Assembly: GCA_040901675.1 (NCBI GenBank)
Contig: JBBDYJ010000017.1
Span: 64,001 to 128,000, forward strand
DNA length: 64,000 nt
Direction of reading: 5' to 3'
Source of the DNA: Pirellulales bacterium
GTDB taxonomy: Bacteria > Planctomycetota > Planctomycetia > Pirellulales > JAICIG01
The position numbers were made by a program, and so were the translations under genes. Each line of letters opens with the position of its first letter. The first letter of the stretch is position 1. Positions 27,101 through 36,148 of the stretch are shown piece by piece. The notes under the pieces were generated by a model. It ran no database searches, had not been told where the DNA came from, and saw only the letters and a program-made list of their open reading frames with translations.

Positions 27101-28530
27101 TCCGCCCGCAGCCAGAACGCCGCCACTGTCGAGACCAGCGTAATGCACACCAGCAGCAAGGCCACCGACGCCGACAGACCGGCCATGACGGGGTTGCGGC
27201 GGCACCACCGCCAGGTACGCTCCGAGAGCGAGCTTCGGCGGGCATGGATCGGCCGATCGAGCAGCAACAGGCGCAGATCGTCGGCCAATTGCTGTGCAGT
27301 CTGATAACGGTGTCCGGGCTCCTTGTCGATGGCCTTGAGGATGATCGTTTCCAGGTCGCGGGGAATGCGGGGGTCGACCTTTCGCGGCCGCGGCGGCGAC
27401 TCGTGCATGACTTGCTCCACCAGGCGCGCACGGTCCGATTCGCCGAAAGCGTGGTGCAACGTCGCCAGCTCGTAGAGTGTCAGTCCCAGGCTGTAGATGT
27501 CGCTGCGCGGGTCGGACCAGCCTCGGAACCGTTCAGGGGCCATGTATCGCAGTGTTCCGACCAGGTCGCCGGTGCGAGTCAGCTCCTCGCCGTCACAGGT
27601 CTTGGCCAAGCCAAAATCGGTCACCCAGACCGCTCCCTGCATGTCCAGCAGCAGATTCGACGGCTTGACGTCGCGGTGCAGAATTCCCTGCCCATGCGCG
27701 TAGGCCATGGCTTCCGCCACCTGCAGCCCAATGCGGGCAATGCTGGTGAAGTAATGGAACTCGGACCGTCCCGATAGATCGGAGCCATCCAGCACGGCCG
27801 ACGAATTGCTTGAGTCCTGGCTGTCGGGATCGACGGCCGGTGGCACGCTGGCGTCCGCTTGCGCCGCGGCCTCTTCCAGCCGAGCACTTGCAAATGAGGG
27901 CCGGGTTATGCGGCCGTCGAGCAAGGTGTAGGCGGCCGTCACCGTGGCGTCGCCGGCGGTCGGAGGCGCCGAGGCCCGGCTCGATTCGCGCAGCCGCCTC
28001 AGTTCGACCACCACCTGGTCCAGACTCTGCCCCTGGATGAACTGCATGACGTAGTAGTGAATGCCCTCGTGCTCGCCGATGCCGAACACCGGCACGATGT
28101 TGCTGTGGTGCAGCCCTGCCGCCGCCCGGGCCTCGCGACGGAATCGCTCGAGATGCTTGCGACTCATCAGGCCCGACGAGGGAAGCACCTTCAAGGCCAC
28201 GCGCCGGCCCAGCGAAGCTTGTTCCGCTTCGTAGACGACGGCCATGCCGCCGCGGCCTACCTCGCGGATGATGCGGTAGTCGCCCAGGCGCTCGAGCCGC
28301 GCAACATTGTCGTCGACTTCGCCGGGTTGGGCGTCGGTCAGGTCGGCGGCACCCGGCTTGAGCTGCTCGACCAGGGCCACGGCGGGAAAGAGCTCGCGGA
28401 TTTCGTCGGCCCACTGTGGATACTGGGACGCGTACTGCGTGACGCTGGGGCGCTCGCCGCGGCGATAGCGGGCGATGAATTCCTCGGCCAATTGTTCGAC
28501 CGGGTTGCGGTCGGAAGCGGAACCGGTCAC
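24142..28530 (-). CDS. Ser/Thr protein kinase with WD40 and TPR repeats
   Basis: VGRGGMAVVY, VALKVL, HRDVKPSNLL, TDFGLAK, GTLRYMAPE and SDIYSLG; hydrophobic helix; WD repeats (LQGHQAEVVSVMF); C-terminal TPRs. Confidence 0.93.
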   Translation of the reverse strand: MTGSASDRNPVEQLAEEFIARYRRGERPSVTQYASQYPQWADEIRELFPAVALVEQLKPGAADLTDAQPGEVDDNVARLERLGDYRIIREVGRGGMAVVYEAEQASLGRRVALKVLPSSGLMSRKHLERFRREARAAAGLHHSNIVPVFGIGEHEGIHYYVMQFIQGQSLDQVVVELRRLRESSRASAPPTAGDATVTAAYTLLDGRITRPSFASARLEEAAAQADASVPPAVDPDSQDSSNSSAVLDGSDLSGRSEFHYFTSIARIGLQVAEAMAYAHGQGILHRDVKPSNLLLDMQGAVWVTDFGLAKTCDGEELTRTGDLVGTLRYMAPERFRGWSDPRSDIYSLGLTLYELATLHHAFGESDRARLVEQVMHESPPRPRKVDPRIPRDLETIILKAIDKEPGHRYQTAQQLADDLRLLLLDRPIHARRSSLSERTWRWCRRNPVMAGLSASVALLLVCITLVSTVAAFWLRAERNTALSHLTRARHAENAAQRAERLAAKRAVASYLASFNQARAARWSGRAGRRYDSLEALAEAARTLPSLGLGRAEALELRNEAVACMALTDLKVERRWQPNTPFRGGAAFDGRLEQYAVGTSDGSVSVRRTADDVELVRIPAKDQFESAGVRFSPNGKLLATKHRLGQTNVVRVWRLGQPEPVLESPVSHNGLGVDFSPDSRRLAVGLPDSGIALFELAGGRRLKRFPIGYSPTCVRFHPEGSRLALCEGGQTDVRVFDLEEESLASFKHPRQVFDVAWAPSGDLLATACADYRAYVWDVATRQPLSILQGHQAEVVSVMFNHEGDLLASSGWDGKTLLWDPVRGQNLIDAPGRALRFSDQDSRLAFLAGTGELGMWKVAAGRECRVWNEPPAPGKGPNFAHFDPSGELLVTTGDDGVRLWEVDRGQAIAHLVGVVGATTPYAGALFAPDGRSLVTSGVRGLHAWPIHRPAEDQSALVIGPPRRLAAGSFSTLDSTPDGRLLVAQQGAEGKLFRLESAISQHLAGRPGVNQLAISPDGKWVAGGAWHGQGVRIWDAATGKVAKDILPDVPNSMAHFTPDSSRLVTSKPGGYVFWHVSSWQRDRELDLGDKSDLPGKIAFTPDGRLMAAVQDRERVRLIDPGSLDTVAVLEPPDPQVVGSLCFSPDGCLLAVTSSTHRIHLWDLRAIRSQLGEMNLDWNGSPLTSRLVHRDESLKVELRQGELAPPQPFAGAAIHVGIEKHTQAIRANRNDAEAYHQRGHLYEKLHQWAQARDDFDKALALNPDNAHLLEVRARNHVRLASWKDALADYSKLIDLEPRHIRAYAQRGLIHSYLRQYAAAIADYQKHLDLVPDDTQVLNNLALIYATGPDELRALEQARRLAEQAVQLAPDQYALWSTLAMVNYQLKRFEEAQQAFQQAIELGEAAPASDLFLLAMCHARLGRFELARERFGEAIGRWKRPLRLPQSWLDKLDALHSQAAAAARPTP

Positions 28531-28557
28531 GAGTCTATCCTCCTTCAGCCTCCCGTG

Positions 28558-29193
28558 TCATGCGTCCAGTAAACCGGGCATACTGGACAGCACTTCCTTC
28601 AAACGTTTCAAGGCTCTCACGTAGCGGTTGCTCGCGGCCGATTTCTGGATGCCCAGCACCTCGGCAACCTCGTTGTTGGTCAGCTCTTCGAAGTGTCGCA
28701 AGGCCAGCACCTCGCGGTCGATTGGTTCCATGCGGTTGAGCACTTCCTGCAGCCGGAGCTGCATCTCGGCCCGCTGGGCTGCCAGTGTGGGGGATGTAAG
28801 GTGCCCCAAAAGCTGCGCCGCCAAGGAGCAGGAAGTGGCTTGCGGCAGGGCCCTGCGATAGATCGATACTTCCTGGCCGACATCGCGCACCTGCGCCCCC
28901 AAGTGCCGGCGGTGCAAGGCCAGCAACCGCTCGCCGACGATCCACCGCAGCCACAAGAAGGGAGGCATCGCCGGGTTTGCGGAATATTCGGCAAGCCGCT
29001 TGCCGGCATCGACGAAGGCGTCCTGCAAGACATCGGACGGATCGACCCTTCCCTGCAGGCGACGGTCGAGCCGCAGGCTGACCATTCGCCTCAAGCGCGG
29101 TCGGAACCCCGTGAACGCCTCTGCCAATGCCTGCGGATCCCCCGCCTTGAGGCGCGGCAGCAACACGTCGCTGGGGCCGGAATCACTCATCAT
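28558..29193 (-). CDS. ECF sigma-70 factor, planctomycete kinase-associated type
   Basis: RLRRMVSLRLDRRLQGRVDPSDVLQD, TSPT and DREVLALRHFEELTNNEVAEVLGI...RYVRALKRL. Confidence 0.92.
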   Translation of the reverse strand: MMSDSGPSDVLLPRLKAGDPQALAEAFTGFRPRLRRMVSLRLDRRLQGRVDPSDVLQDAFVDAGKRLAEYSANPAMPPFLWLRWIVGERLLALHRRHLGAQVRDVGQEVSIYRRALPQATSCSLAAQLLGHLTSPTLAAQRAEMQLRLQEVLNRMEPIDREVLALRHFEELTNNEVAEVLGIQKSAASNRYVRALKRLKEVLSSMPGLLDA

Positions 29194-29421
29194 CTTCGGA
29201 CCTGACATATTAACTGCCAACGGCCCGCGATTGTACACAGGAAAATTGGCTCGCCCTCATTTTGGCCATCAAGCCTCGTCCGGGCAGCCCGCCGGGAATG
29301 GATTGAGGAGGTTTCGCCAATAACGGCTTCGGCGAGGAGAGTACGCCCCCAGCGAACGTTCCTAACCCGAACGTCCCTTGACACCCTCGGACTCCACCAA
29401 AGGTTAGTTTTTGGCCAACCC

Positions 29422-32316
29422 CTAATGCGGATGGAGGCTGCGGAGCTCAGGGGAGAGCTTGAGCCGGCGGGGCAGGTTGCCGTAGGCCGGGCCGGCCCGC
29501 GGCGAAAGCTGGTATTGAGGCTCGGGCTGGAACTGCTCATCGCGAAGCTGCTGCCAGAAGCCGTCGGCATCGACTTCCAGCAGCTCCAGGTTCAGGAAAA
29601 AGCGCGTGCGGTTGACAGTATACCCGATGTGGTTGTCGGCCACGCTGCCCAAAGCCACGCGGAAGGCGTCCTGGGCTTCGAGAAAATCGCGGGCCGCCAC
29701 GCCGGGAAACCCGAGGGCCAGCTCCAACTGCGTGCTGGCCACGCGTTCAGCGGCCAGCGCGGCGCTGGCCACGCTGATCAGGTACTGCGCCCGGGCCAGC
29801 GCGAGATCGCGCAGGTCGTCGCGGACGCCGAGCTTGATCGCGTCTTCGACTTGCATCAGGCGGCGCAGGGCCACGTGGTAGTCGATCAACGTCCGGCGGT
29901 ACAGGTTGCGCTGGGCCTTGCGGTTCAGCGGCAGGTCGAGCGAGAGGCCAACCTCGGTACGGCTGTTTTCGAAGTTGAAGTCGAAGGGACGGTTGTGGCG
30001 GCTGTTGATGACCTGCGTGGCGCTGAGGTTCAAGATCGAGCGCAGCTCGTCGGCCGCCAACTTGACCGCCCGCCGCTGGTCGGCCACCGCGCCGCGCTCG
30101 TTCATCAAGTCGAGCCGCCCGGACAGCGCCGTGAGCATCGCGTCGTCGACGTCGATCTGGACGGGGACCAGGCCGGCGCTCGGCTGCGAGAGCATCTGTT
30201 CGGCGGCGGCGAGCAACTGGTCGACCTGGGCCAGCGTGTTTTCGAAGCCATCGGTCGGCTGTTCGCCGTTGGCGCTTCGGAGCAGCTCGTCGGCCTCGGC
30301 TACAAGCTGCTCGGCCCGGGCCAGCAGGGCCCTGGCTTCGACGAGAAGCTGGGGCACTTCGTCCAGCCGGGCCTGCGCCAGCGCGTCGGCCAGCTTGCGG
30401 CGCAACTCGGCCGCGTCGCTTTGCAGTTGCCGGGTTTGCTCGTCGATGACGGCCAGCTCGTCGGCCGCCGCTTCCAGCGCCCGTGCCAGCTCCACCTGGC
30501 GAACGGCTACCTGCGCCAGCGAACCGGCCAGGTCCATCGAGCGCTGGAACAACCGCAGGGGCGGCGCCAGGCCGCCGGCCAGCTCGTTCTCGAGCACCTG
30601 CCGGTCTGCCTGTACGTTCAGCCTTGCTTCGTCGAGCTGCAGGCGGCGGCGGAGCAGTGCCAGCTCGTCGAGATCCGCCCCGGCGTCCTCCAGGCGCCCG
30701 TCCATCAGAATGCGTTCGGCCATCCGCTGCGTGAGCACCACGGCGGCGTTGAGCAGCTCCAAGGGCCGCGGCGCCTCCTTGGCACGTTCGGCGGCCAGCC
30801 GATCGCGGGTGCGCCGGACCAGCTCGCCGCTGACGGCCGCTTCGTCGCCCTGCGTCAGGTCGGTCAGCTCGTCGAGGTCGAGGTTGACGCCCAGCTCGGG
30901 CGGCAGGCCGATGACCAGCTTGAGCCGATCGAGACTTCGCTCCAGGCCGACGCAGGTGGCAATCAGCCGGCTGCGTCCCAACAGCATGCTCTGTTCGATC
31001 TGCTCGACCTGGATCCGGGATCGCAGCCCGGCCTCGAACTCGGCCTCCGCCTGGCTCAAGGCGCGGACCAGCGAGAAATAGTTTTGCGATTCGATCTCGA
31101 TCTGGCGGTAGACGCGGATCAGGGCGTAGTAATCGGAGGCCAGTTGGAAGAAGAACGTCTTGCGGTAGCGGGCATAGTCGCGGGCCGCGTAGACCACGCT
31201 GCGCTCGGCCTGCGTCAAGGGCTCGAAGAGCACGTCGCGCTGCAGGACCGCCTGCGAGAAGTTGAAGAACATTTCGGAGCTGATGTCGCTGGTAAACCCC
31301 TGGGGTCCATTGAACGTCAGGAGCACGTCGTTGGCGAAGCGCCCCAAGAGCGTGCCGCCGCCGGCCAGCACGCGATCGACCTGCGTGCTGGAAGGCACGG
31401 CCAGAGTGCCCGCGGTCGGGCCGCCTGATCGCACATGGTCGTACCCCAGGTCGGCGCCGCCCCCCAGCGGCGAGAACTTCAGAGCGTAGTCGAACCGCTC
31501 CAGCGACAGGGCCAGGGCCGAGCGGTACAACACTTCTTTCTGCGCCTGGTATTCGCGGCTGTTGAGCAGGGCCAGCGACACGATGTCTTCGAGAGAAAGC
31601 CTCCGATCGCGGTCGACCAGCGACTCGTCGGGCGGCGCCTGGTAGCTGCGGACGTATTCCTCGCGGACCCGCTCCAGCTCCAGCATCCGCGACAGGTAGG
31701 CCGGCTCGATCGCCTCCCAGTGCCGTCGCGGAATGGCCGCCACCGGCAGCTCGCCCGCCGAGGCGCCCTCCTGCAGCTCTTGATCGGCCGCCTGATACGA
31801 AGCCGGGCGGATCTGCTCGCCGCCGCGCCGGCTCGATCGCATCTCGCCGGCCGGCCCATCTCGCGGATCCGGCTCGATCGGCTCTGTGTCGGGATCGAAC
31901 AATCCTGGCGGCGGCAGCTCGATGTAAGAATCTCCGGGGCCGGTTTTGGCATCGGGAGCGGGGATGGCTTCCGGGCCGGACGCTTGCGGCGACGTGTATC
32001 CGGCCGGGCTGGTGCGGGCCGGCAGGTCGGGCAGCTCGTAGGTATACAATGCGGGGCCGGGAGGGGGCAGCCGCGGCCAATCGGGGTTGGTGGGTAGGAA
32101 GAGCCGCGACCGCGGGTCATGTTCGATGGTGAAACCCGGCGGGGCCCAGGGGGTTTGGGCAATCTTCTGCTGGAGCAAAGCGTAGGTTTCGGCGTCGGCA
32201 TCGCGGCGGTAATGGGCGCGCGAGCAGCCGGCCGCAGTCAGTAGTAACAGCGCGATGAACCGGACCCACACCAGAACATGGCCCTCGCCTGGCCGCCGCC
32301 CTTTGAGAAGTGCCAT
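29422..32316 (-). CDS. Oversized TolC-family outer-membrane efflux lipoprotein
   Basis: Lipobox-like LLTAAGC; OEP-like halves LSLEDIVSLALLNSREYQ...LKLVIGLP and RLDLMNERG...LDLPLNRKAQRN..R...ARDFLEAQD. Confidence 0.8.
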   Translation of the reverse strand: MALLKGRRPGEGHVLVWVRFIALLLLTAAGCSRAHYRRDADAETYALLQQKIAQTPWAPPGFTIEHDPRSRLFLPTNPDWPRLPPPGPALYTYELPDLPARTSPAGYTSPQASGPEAIPAPDAKTGPGDSYIELPPPGLFDPDTEPIEPDPRDGPAGEMRSSRRGGEQIRPASYQAADQELQEGASAGELPVAAIPRRHWEAIEPAYLSRMLELERVREEYVRSYQAPPDESLVDRDRRLSLEDIVSLALLNSREYQAQKEVLYRSALALSLERFDYALKFSPLGGGADLGYDHVRSGGPTAGTLAVPSSTQVDRVLAGGGTLLGRFANDVLLTFNGPQGFTSDISSEMFFNFSQAVLQRDVLFEPLTQAERSVVYAARDYARYRKTFFFQLASDYYALIRVYRQIEIESQNYFSLVRALSQAEAEFEAGLRSRIQVEQIEQSMLLGRSRLIATCVGLERSLDRLKLVIGLPPELGVNLDLDELTDLTQGDEAAVSGELVRRTRDRLAAERAKEAPRPLELLNAAVVLTQRMAERILMDGRLEDAGADLDELALLRRRLQLDEARLNVQADRQVLENELAGGLAPPLRLFQRSMDLAGSLAQVAVRQVELARALEAAADELAVIDEQTRQLQSDAAELRRKLADALAQARLDEVPQLLVEARALLARAEQLVAEADELLRSANGEQPTDGFENTLAQVDQLLAAAEQMLSQPSAGLVPVQIDVDDAMLTALSGRLDLMNERGAVADQRRAVKLAADELRSILNLSATQVINSRHNRPFDFNFENSRTEVGLSLDLPLNRKAQRNLYRRTLIDYHVALRRLMQVEDAIKLGVRDDLRDLALARAQYLISVASAALAAERVASTQLELALGFPGVAARDFLEAQDAFRVALGSVADNHIGYTVNRTRFFLNLELLEVDADGFWQQLRDEQFQPEPQYQLSPRAGPAYGNLPRRLKLSPELRSLHPH

Positions 32317-32490
32317 TTGGGCGGCCGAGCCCTGCCGTCAATTGGATCAACCCGATATGGCAGGTCTGGTTATCGGACCGGCTGGGATAAAACGTGAGGG
32401 AAAAGCAGGGGTCCGAAGGCAGAAGGAGGAAGGAGGGAGGGTCAGAGGTTCCGCCGAAGGCGGGCTTGCAGCACGGTCAGAAGTCAGAGC

Positions 32491-32549
32491 CTGGGGCACG
32501 CTACGACTCGACTGAGCTCGCCGAAGTCCGCTTTGCCACCAGCCACCCG
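32491..32549. repeat. Family A repeat interrupted by 24-nt element B (32505-32528)
   Basis: CTGGGGCACGCTAC[GACTCGACTGAGCTCGCCGAAGTC]CGCTTTGCCACCAGCCACCCG. Confidence 0.9.
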
Positions 32550-32602
32550 ACGCTTGCGCGTCTCTTACTCTGCCTTCCTCCTTCCTCCTTCTGCCTTCCG
32601 CG

Positions 32603-33862
32603 TCAGCGCTGGCGCATGGCGTCGATGGGGTTCATCAGGGCGGCGCGGCGGGCGGGATAAAGGCCGAAGGCCACACCGATCGAACAGGAGATCAGAAAGG
32701 CCAGCACCACGGGGCCGGGCGTGATCACGGCCTCGATTTCGGAGCAATTCCTGACGCCCAGCGGGATGGCAATCCCCAGCACGATGCCCAGCACGCCGCC
32801 GGTCGCGGAGAGCACGACCGTCTCGACGAGAAACTGGATCGTGATGTCGCGGCGCTTGGCGCCCAGCGCGCGGCGGATGCCGATCTCGCGGGTCCGCTCG
32901 GTCACGCTGGCCAGCATGATGTTCATGATGCCGATCCCGCCGACCAACAGCGATATGCCGGCGATCGAGCCCAGCACCATGTTCCAGATCCGCTTCTCCT
33001 GCTCGGCCCGCCGCAACAGCTCCAACGGCACCTGCAGCTCGTAATCGTCATGGCGTGGATGGCGTTTGGCCAGCAGCTTGCGGGCCATCTCGGCGGTCGG
33101 GGCGACGAGCTCGGTGTCGGCCACCGTGAGGATGATCTCGTTGAGCTGTGTCCGCTCGAAGTCGAGACTGCCCGCCGTGCGCACCACCTGCAGCTCGCCG
33201 AAACGCCAGCGGGCGGATGAAAGCGGAATGTACAAGGCCGAGCAGGCCTGGGCGTCGGTCTGCTGCTTGAGCACGCCCACCACCTGGAAGGCAGTCGGGC
33301 CGATCAACACCGATTTGCCCAGCGGATCCTGGAACTTGAACAGTTTTTGCGCGGCCGTGGCCCCCAGCACGGCCACGTTGGCCGAGTGGTCGATGTCCGG
33401 CGCTGAAATGAACCGCCCCCGATACAACTGGGTCTTCCTGAGGTGCTGGTAGTCGGGAGTCACGCCGTGGATGCGGGCGTTGGTCATGCGGCAGCGGCCG
33501 CGGGTGGCGTCCTTGCGGAACAGCGACACGGCCAGCGCCTTGGAGAGCGTGGGCAGGGTGGCTTGCAAGCCATCGAAGTCGGCGTACTTGAGGCCGTACT
33601 CGACGACGCGGCTCACTTTCTGCTGTCCCGGCGTGGTCTCGGCGTCCTGCCCGGTTTTCTGGCCCGGCTTGACGCTGCGGATGATGACGTTGGTGGCCCC
33701 GAGGCGGCGGATCTCTTCGACGGCCCGGGCCTTCGACCCCTCGCCGATGGCCAGCATGGCGATCACCGAGCCCACGCCCAGGATCACGCCCAGCAGCGTC
33801 AAGATGCTGCGCAGCTTGTGCAGCAGCAGGTTCTTGGCGGCGAGCTTGATCGAAATCCACAT
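32603..33862 (-). CDS. MacB/FtsX-type ABC permease without a fused ATPase domain
   Basis: HKLRSILTLLGVILGVGSVIAMLAIGEG, ISLLVGGIGIMNIMLASVTERTREIGIRRALGA and FGLYPARRAA..NPI. Confidence 0.92.
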   Translation of the reverse strand: MWISIKLAAKNLLLHKLRSILTLLGVILGVGSVIAMLAIGEGSKARAVEEIRRLGATNVIIRSVKPGQKTGQDAETTPGQQKVSRVVEYGLKYADFDGLQATLPTLSKALAVSLFRKDATRGRCRMTNARIHGVTPDYQHLRKTQLYRGRFISAPDIDHSANVAVLGATAAQKLFKFQDPLGKSVLIGPTAFQVVGVLKQQTDAQACSALYIPLSSARWRFGELQVVRTAGSLDFERTQLNEIILTVADTELVAPTAEMARKLLAKRHPRHDDYELQVPLELLRRAEQEKRIWNMVLGSIAGISLLVGGIGIMNIMLASVTERTREIGIRRALGAKRRDITIQFLVETVVLSATGGVLGIVLGIAIPLGVRNCSEIEAVITPGPVVLAFLISCSIGVAFGLYPARRAALMNPIDAMRQR

Positions 33863-33940
33863 GGGAAGGATAAAAGGCAGAAGGAGGAAGGAGGAAGGAG
33901 GAAGGAGGAATCGGAACGGACGATTGTCGACTCTTCGCCG

Positions 33941-35773
33941 CTATTGCGGCCCGTCGATGATGGCCATCGGGTTCATGACCACGCGATCGGAGGGCGCCAG
34001 GCCGCTGGTGATCTCGGCGAACATGTCGTTGGTGGCGCCGACGCTGATCGGGCGGCGAGCGAGCCCGTTCTTGCCGGCCACGTAGCACCAGTTGGTGTCG
34101 TCGGTCTGGACGATGGCCTGCATCGGCAGGCTCAGCACGTCGTTCAGGCGTTCGACGTGGATCTCGACCACGGCGGTCATGCCGGGCTTGAGCTGCTTGA
34201 CCGGTTCGTCGATGGTGACGATGGCCTCGTAGACCTTCACGTCGGAGCTCATGCCGCCTTCCTGGCTGGGCAGCACCGCCACCGAGCGCACCGTGCCTCG
34301 ATAACGGGCCTGGTCCAGGGCGTCGACGCTGACCGTGGCCGGCAGGCCCTCGTGGACCTTGTCGAGCACCGATTCGTGGATGGCCGTCTTGACCTGCATC
34401 CGGCTCAGGTCGGGAAGAGCAAGGATCTTGAAGCGCTCGACGACCAGCTCTCCTTCGGCCACATTCCGCCCCCAAGGCGTGCGGTCGGTCGTGTAGGCGA
34501 CCATGCCGTCGTGCGGGGCGAGGAGCTTGCACTTCTCGAGCTGCGACTGGTAATTGCGGAGCCTTTCCTCCTCCTTGGCCAAGGCGCGGTCGGCGGCGGT
34601 CTTGGCGGCCTCGGCCTGCGCCATGTACGACTGGTTATCGCGCTTTACCTGCAGCAACCCCCGCCGGGCCGTGTTGAGCGACCCTTGCAGCTCCAGCAGC
34701 CTCATGGGGTGCTCGAACTGTTCCAGCTTCTTGCGGCCGGCGATCGCGTTGGCCAGAGCGCCCGTGGCCCGCAGCAGCGCGTCGTCGGCCTGCAAGTGCT
34801 TGTGCACTGCCTGGTCGAGATCGCCCTTGCCCCGGTATCCGAGCTTGTAAAGCGTCTCGATGCCGTTGCGGCTGGTGGCCTGCATGTCGAGCTCGGCCTG
34901 GGCCTCGACAATGCGGTTGCGCGCTTCCTGGATCCGCTGCTCGATCTCTTGCAGGGCCAGCCGGTAGGTGCCGTCGTCGCCGTCCAGGTACATCTTCTGG
35001 TTCAGCTCAGCCAGCTCGACGCGCAGCTCGGCGGCGGCCAGGCTGGTTTCGTTCTGCGTGGTCTGGTTTTCGTAGCGGACGTTCGACTGTATCTGGGACG
35101 CCTTGGATTGTTCGAATGCCAGCACCTGGTTGTCGACGCGCTCGCGCAAGGGAGCCGAATCGAACTCGACCAGCAGATCGCCCTGCTTGACCGACTTGCC
35201 GTTGGGCACGATGTAGACGATGCGCGTGCCGGGTTGGCCCGGCACCGTTTCGACGTCGCAGGTGATGCGGGTCTCCTGCTGGCTCAGCAGGCTGCCTCGC
35301 TCGGTGACCGAGATGGCCAGGTCCGATTTCCGGACCTCGTGGAATACGAGCGGCTGGTCCGTTTGAGGCAAGTTCTCTCCACGGCCGCCCCAGAGGCCCA
35401 GCGGCACGGTGACCAAGATGGCGGGCAAGGCCAAAAACAGCTTGCGGCGGCCGGCCGCCTTGCGCCGCAGCAGGACCAGCCGCGTGGCCGCTGCCGTGGC
35501 TGGCGCGGCGGGTGGCTGATTCGCGGCCGGGGCGGGCGAGGGACCTTTGGGCAACGGGGGTATGGCTTCGTCCCGCGGCGAGTCCGGGGTGCTTTTCCTC
35601 GGAGCCGGGGCGGGCGAGCTGGGACTTCGTTGCCGTGCCGAGGAACCGGGAGCAGGCGAGGGCTGGTATTGGCGGCCAAGCCCCTGGTAGCCGCTGGGCG
35701 GCTCGGGCCGGGGCGGACAGGGGGTCGGGGCGAGGGGGGTCTTCAACGTTGTGCTCCTTATCTGTATCTGCAT
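33941..35773 (-). CDS. MacA/HlyD-type periplasmic adaptor with Pro-rich N-terminus
   Basis: IVPNGKSVKQGDLLVEFD, coiled coil, LLAPHDGMVAY, LPDLSRMQV and LKPGMTAVVEI. The start is uncertain. Confidence 0.88.
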   Translation of the reverse strand: MQIQIRSTTLKTPLAPTPCPPRPEPPSGYQGLGRQYQPSPAPGSSARQRSPSSPAPAPRKSTPDSPRDEAIPPLPKGPSPAPAANQPPAAPATAAATRLVLLRRKAAGRRKLFLALPAILVTVPLGLWGGRGENLPQTDQPLVFHEVRKSDLAISVTERGSLLSQQETRITCDVETVPGQPGTRIVYIVPNGKSVKQGDLLVEFDSAPLRERVDNQVLAFEQSKASQIQSNVRYENQTTQNETSLAAAELRVELAELNQKMYLDGDDGTYRLALQEIEQRIQEARNRIVEAQAELDMQATSRNGIETLYKLGYRGKGDLDQAVHKHLQADDALLRATGALANAIAGRKKLEQFEHPMRLLELQGSLNTARRGLLQVKRDNQSYMAQAEAAKTAADRALAKEEERLRNYQSQLEKCKLLAPHDGMVAYTTDRTPWGRNVAEGELVVERFKILALPDLSRMQVKTAIHESVLDKVHEGLPATVSVDALDQARYRGTVRSVAVLPSQEGGMSSDVKVYEAIVTIDEPVKQLKPGMTAVVEIHVERLNDVLSLPMQAIVQTDDTNWCYVAGKNGLARRPISVGATNDMFAEITSGLAPSDRVVMNPMAIIDGPQ

Positions 35774-36028
35774 TCAGAGTTAGGAGTTAGCACCCTTTCA
35801 GGGCGCGGTGTCGGCGAGTCGCTGGCGTCGCTGCCCGCGAGGGCATCGCCATCAGTCAAGCGTAGGTTGCCATTGGCATCCGGCATCGCCGGATGTGCTG
35901 GCATTGGCCGTTCGGGGCTGGGCCCGATAAGCAGGCCGCGGGGCAGCCGGATACGCGGAGGGCAGTGTGGGGCGGGAGGAAACTGGCGGGAGGTCGGGTG
36001 GGAGGCTAACGCATCAACGCATAACAAT

Positions 36029-36057
36029 ATTTTAATCCATGCCGCGGCCCGGGGCAA
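36029..36057 (-). promoter_or_regulatory. Putative sigma70 promoter of the adaptor-permease-TolC cluster
   Basis: Minus strand TTGCCC, 17 nt, TAAAAT. Confidence 0.45.
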
Positions 36058-36086
36058 GGCCGGTAGCAGGAACGCGGTGCGTTGCA

Positions 36087-36148
36087 CCTGAATTCTGGCG
36101 AATTCAGCTACGGGTACTGCCCGCCTGAATTCTGGCGAATTCAGCTAC
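36087..36148. repeat. Tandem pair of GTAG-REP family C (CCTGAATTCTGGCGAATTCAGCTAC)
   Basis: Identical 25-mers at 36087-36111 and 36124-36148; variants at 42095-42119 and 59605-59733. Confidence 0.88.

Noticed and set aside
29425..36091. Long plus-strand ORFs (29425-31428, 33443-36091) and similar ones such as 13374-15287, 2624-4609 and 61779-63590
   Set aside because: Antisense or alternate-frame shadows of well-supported genes in high-GC DNA, with no recognisable motifs.
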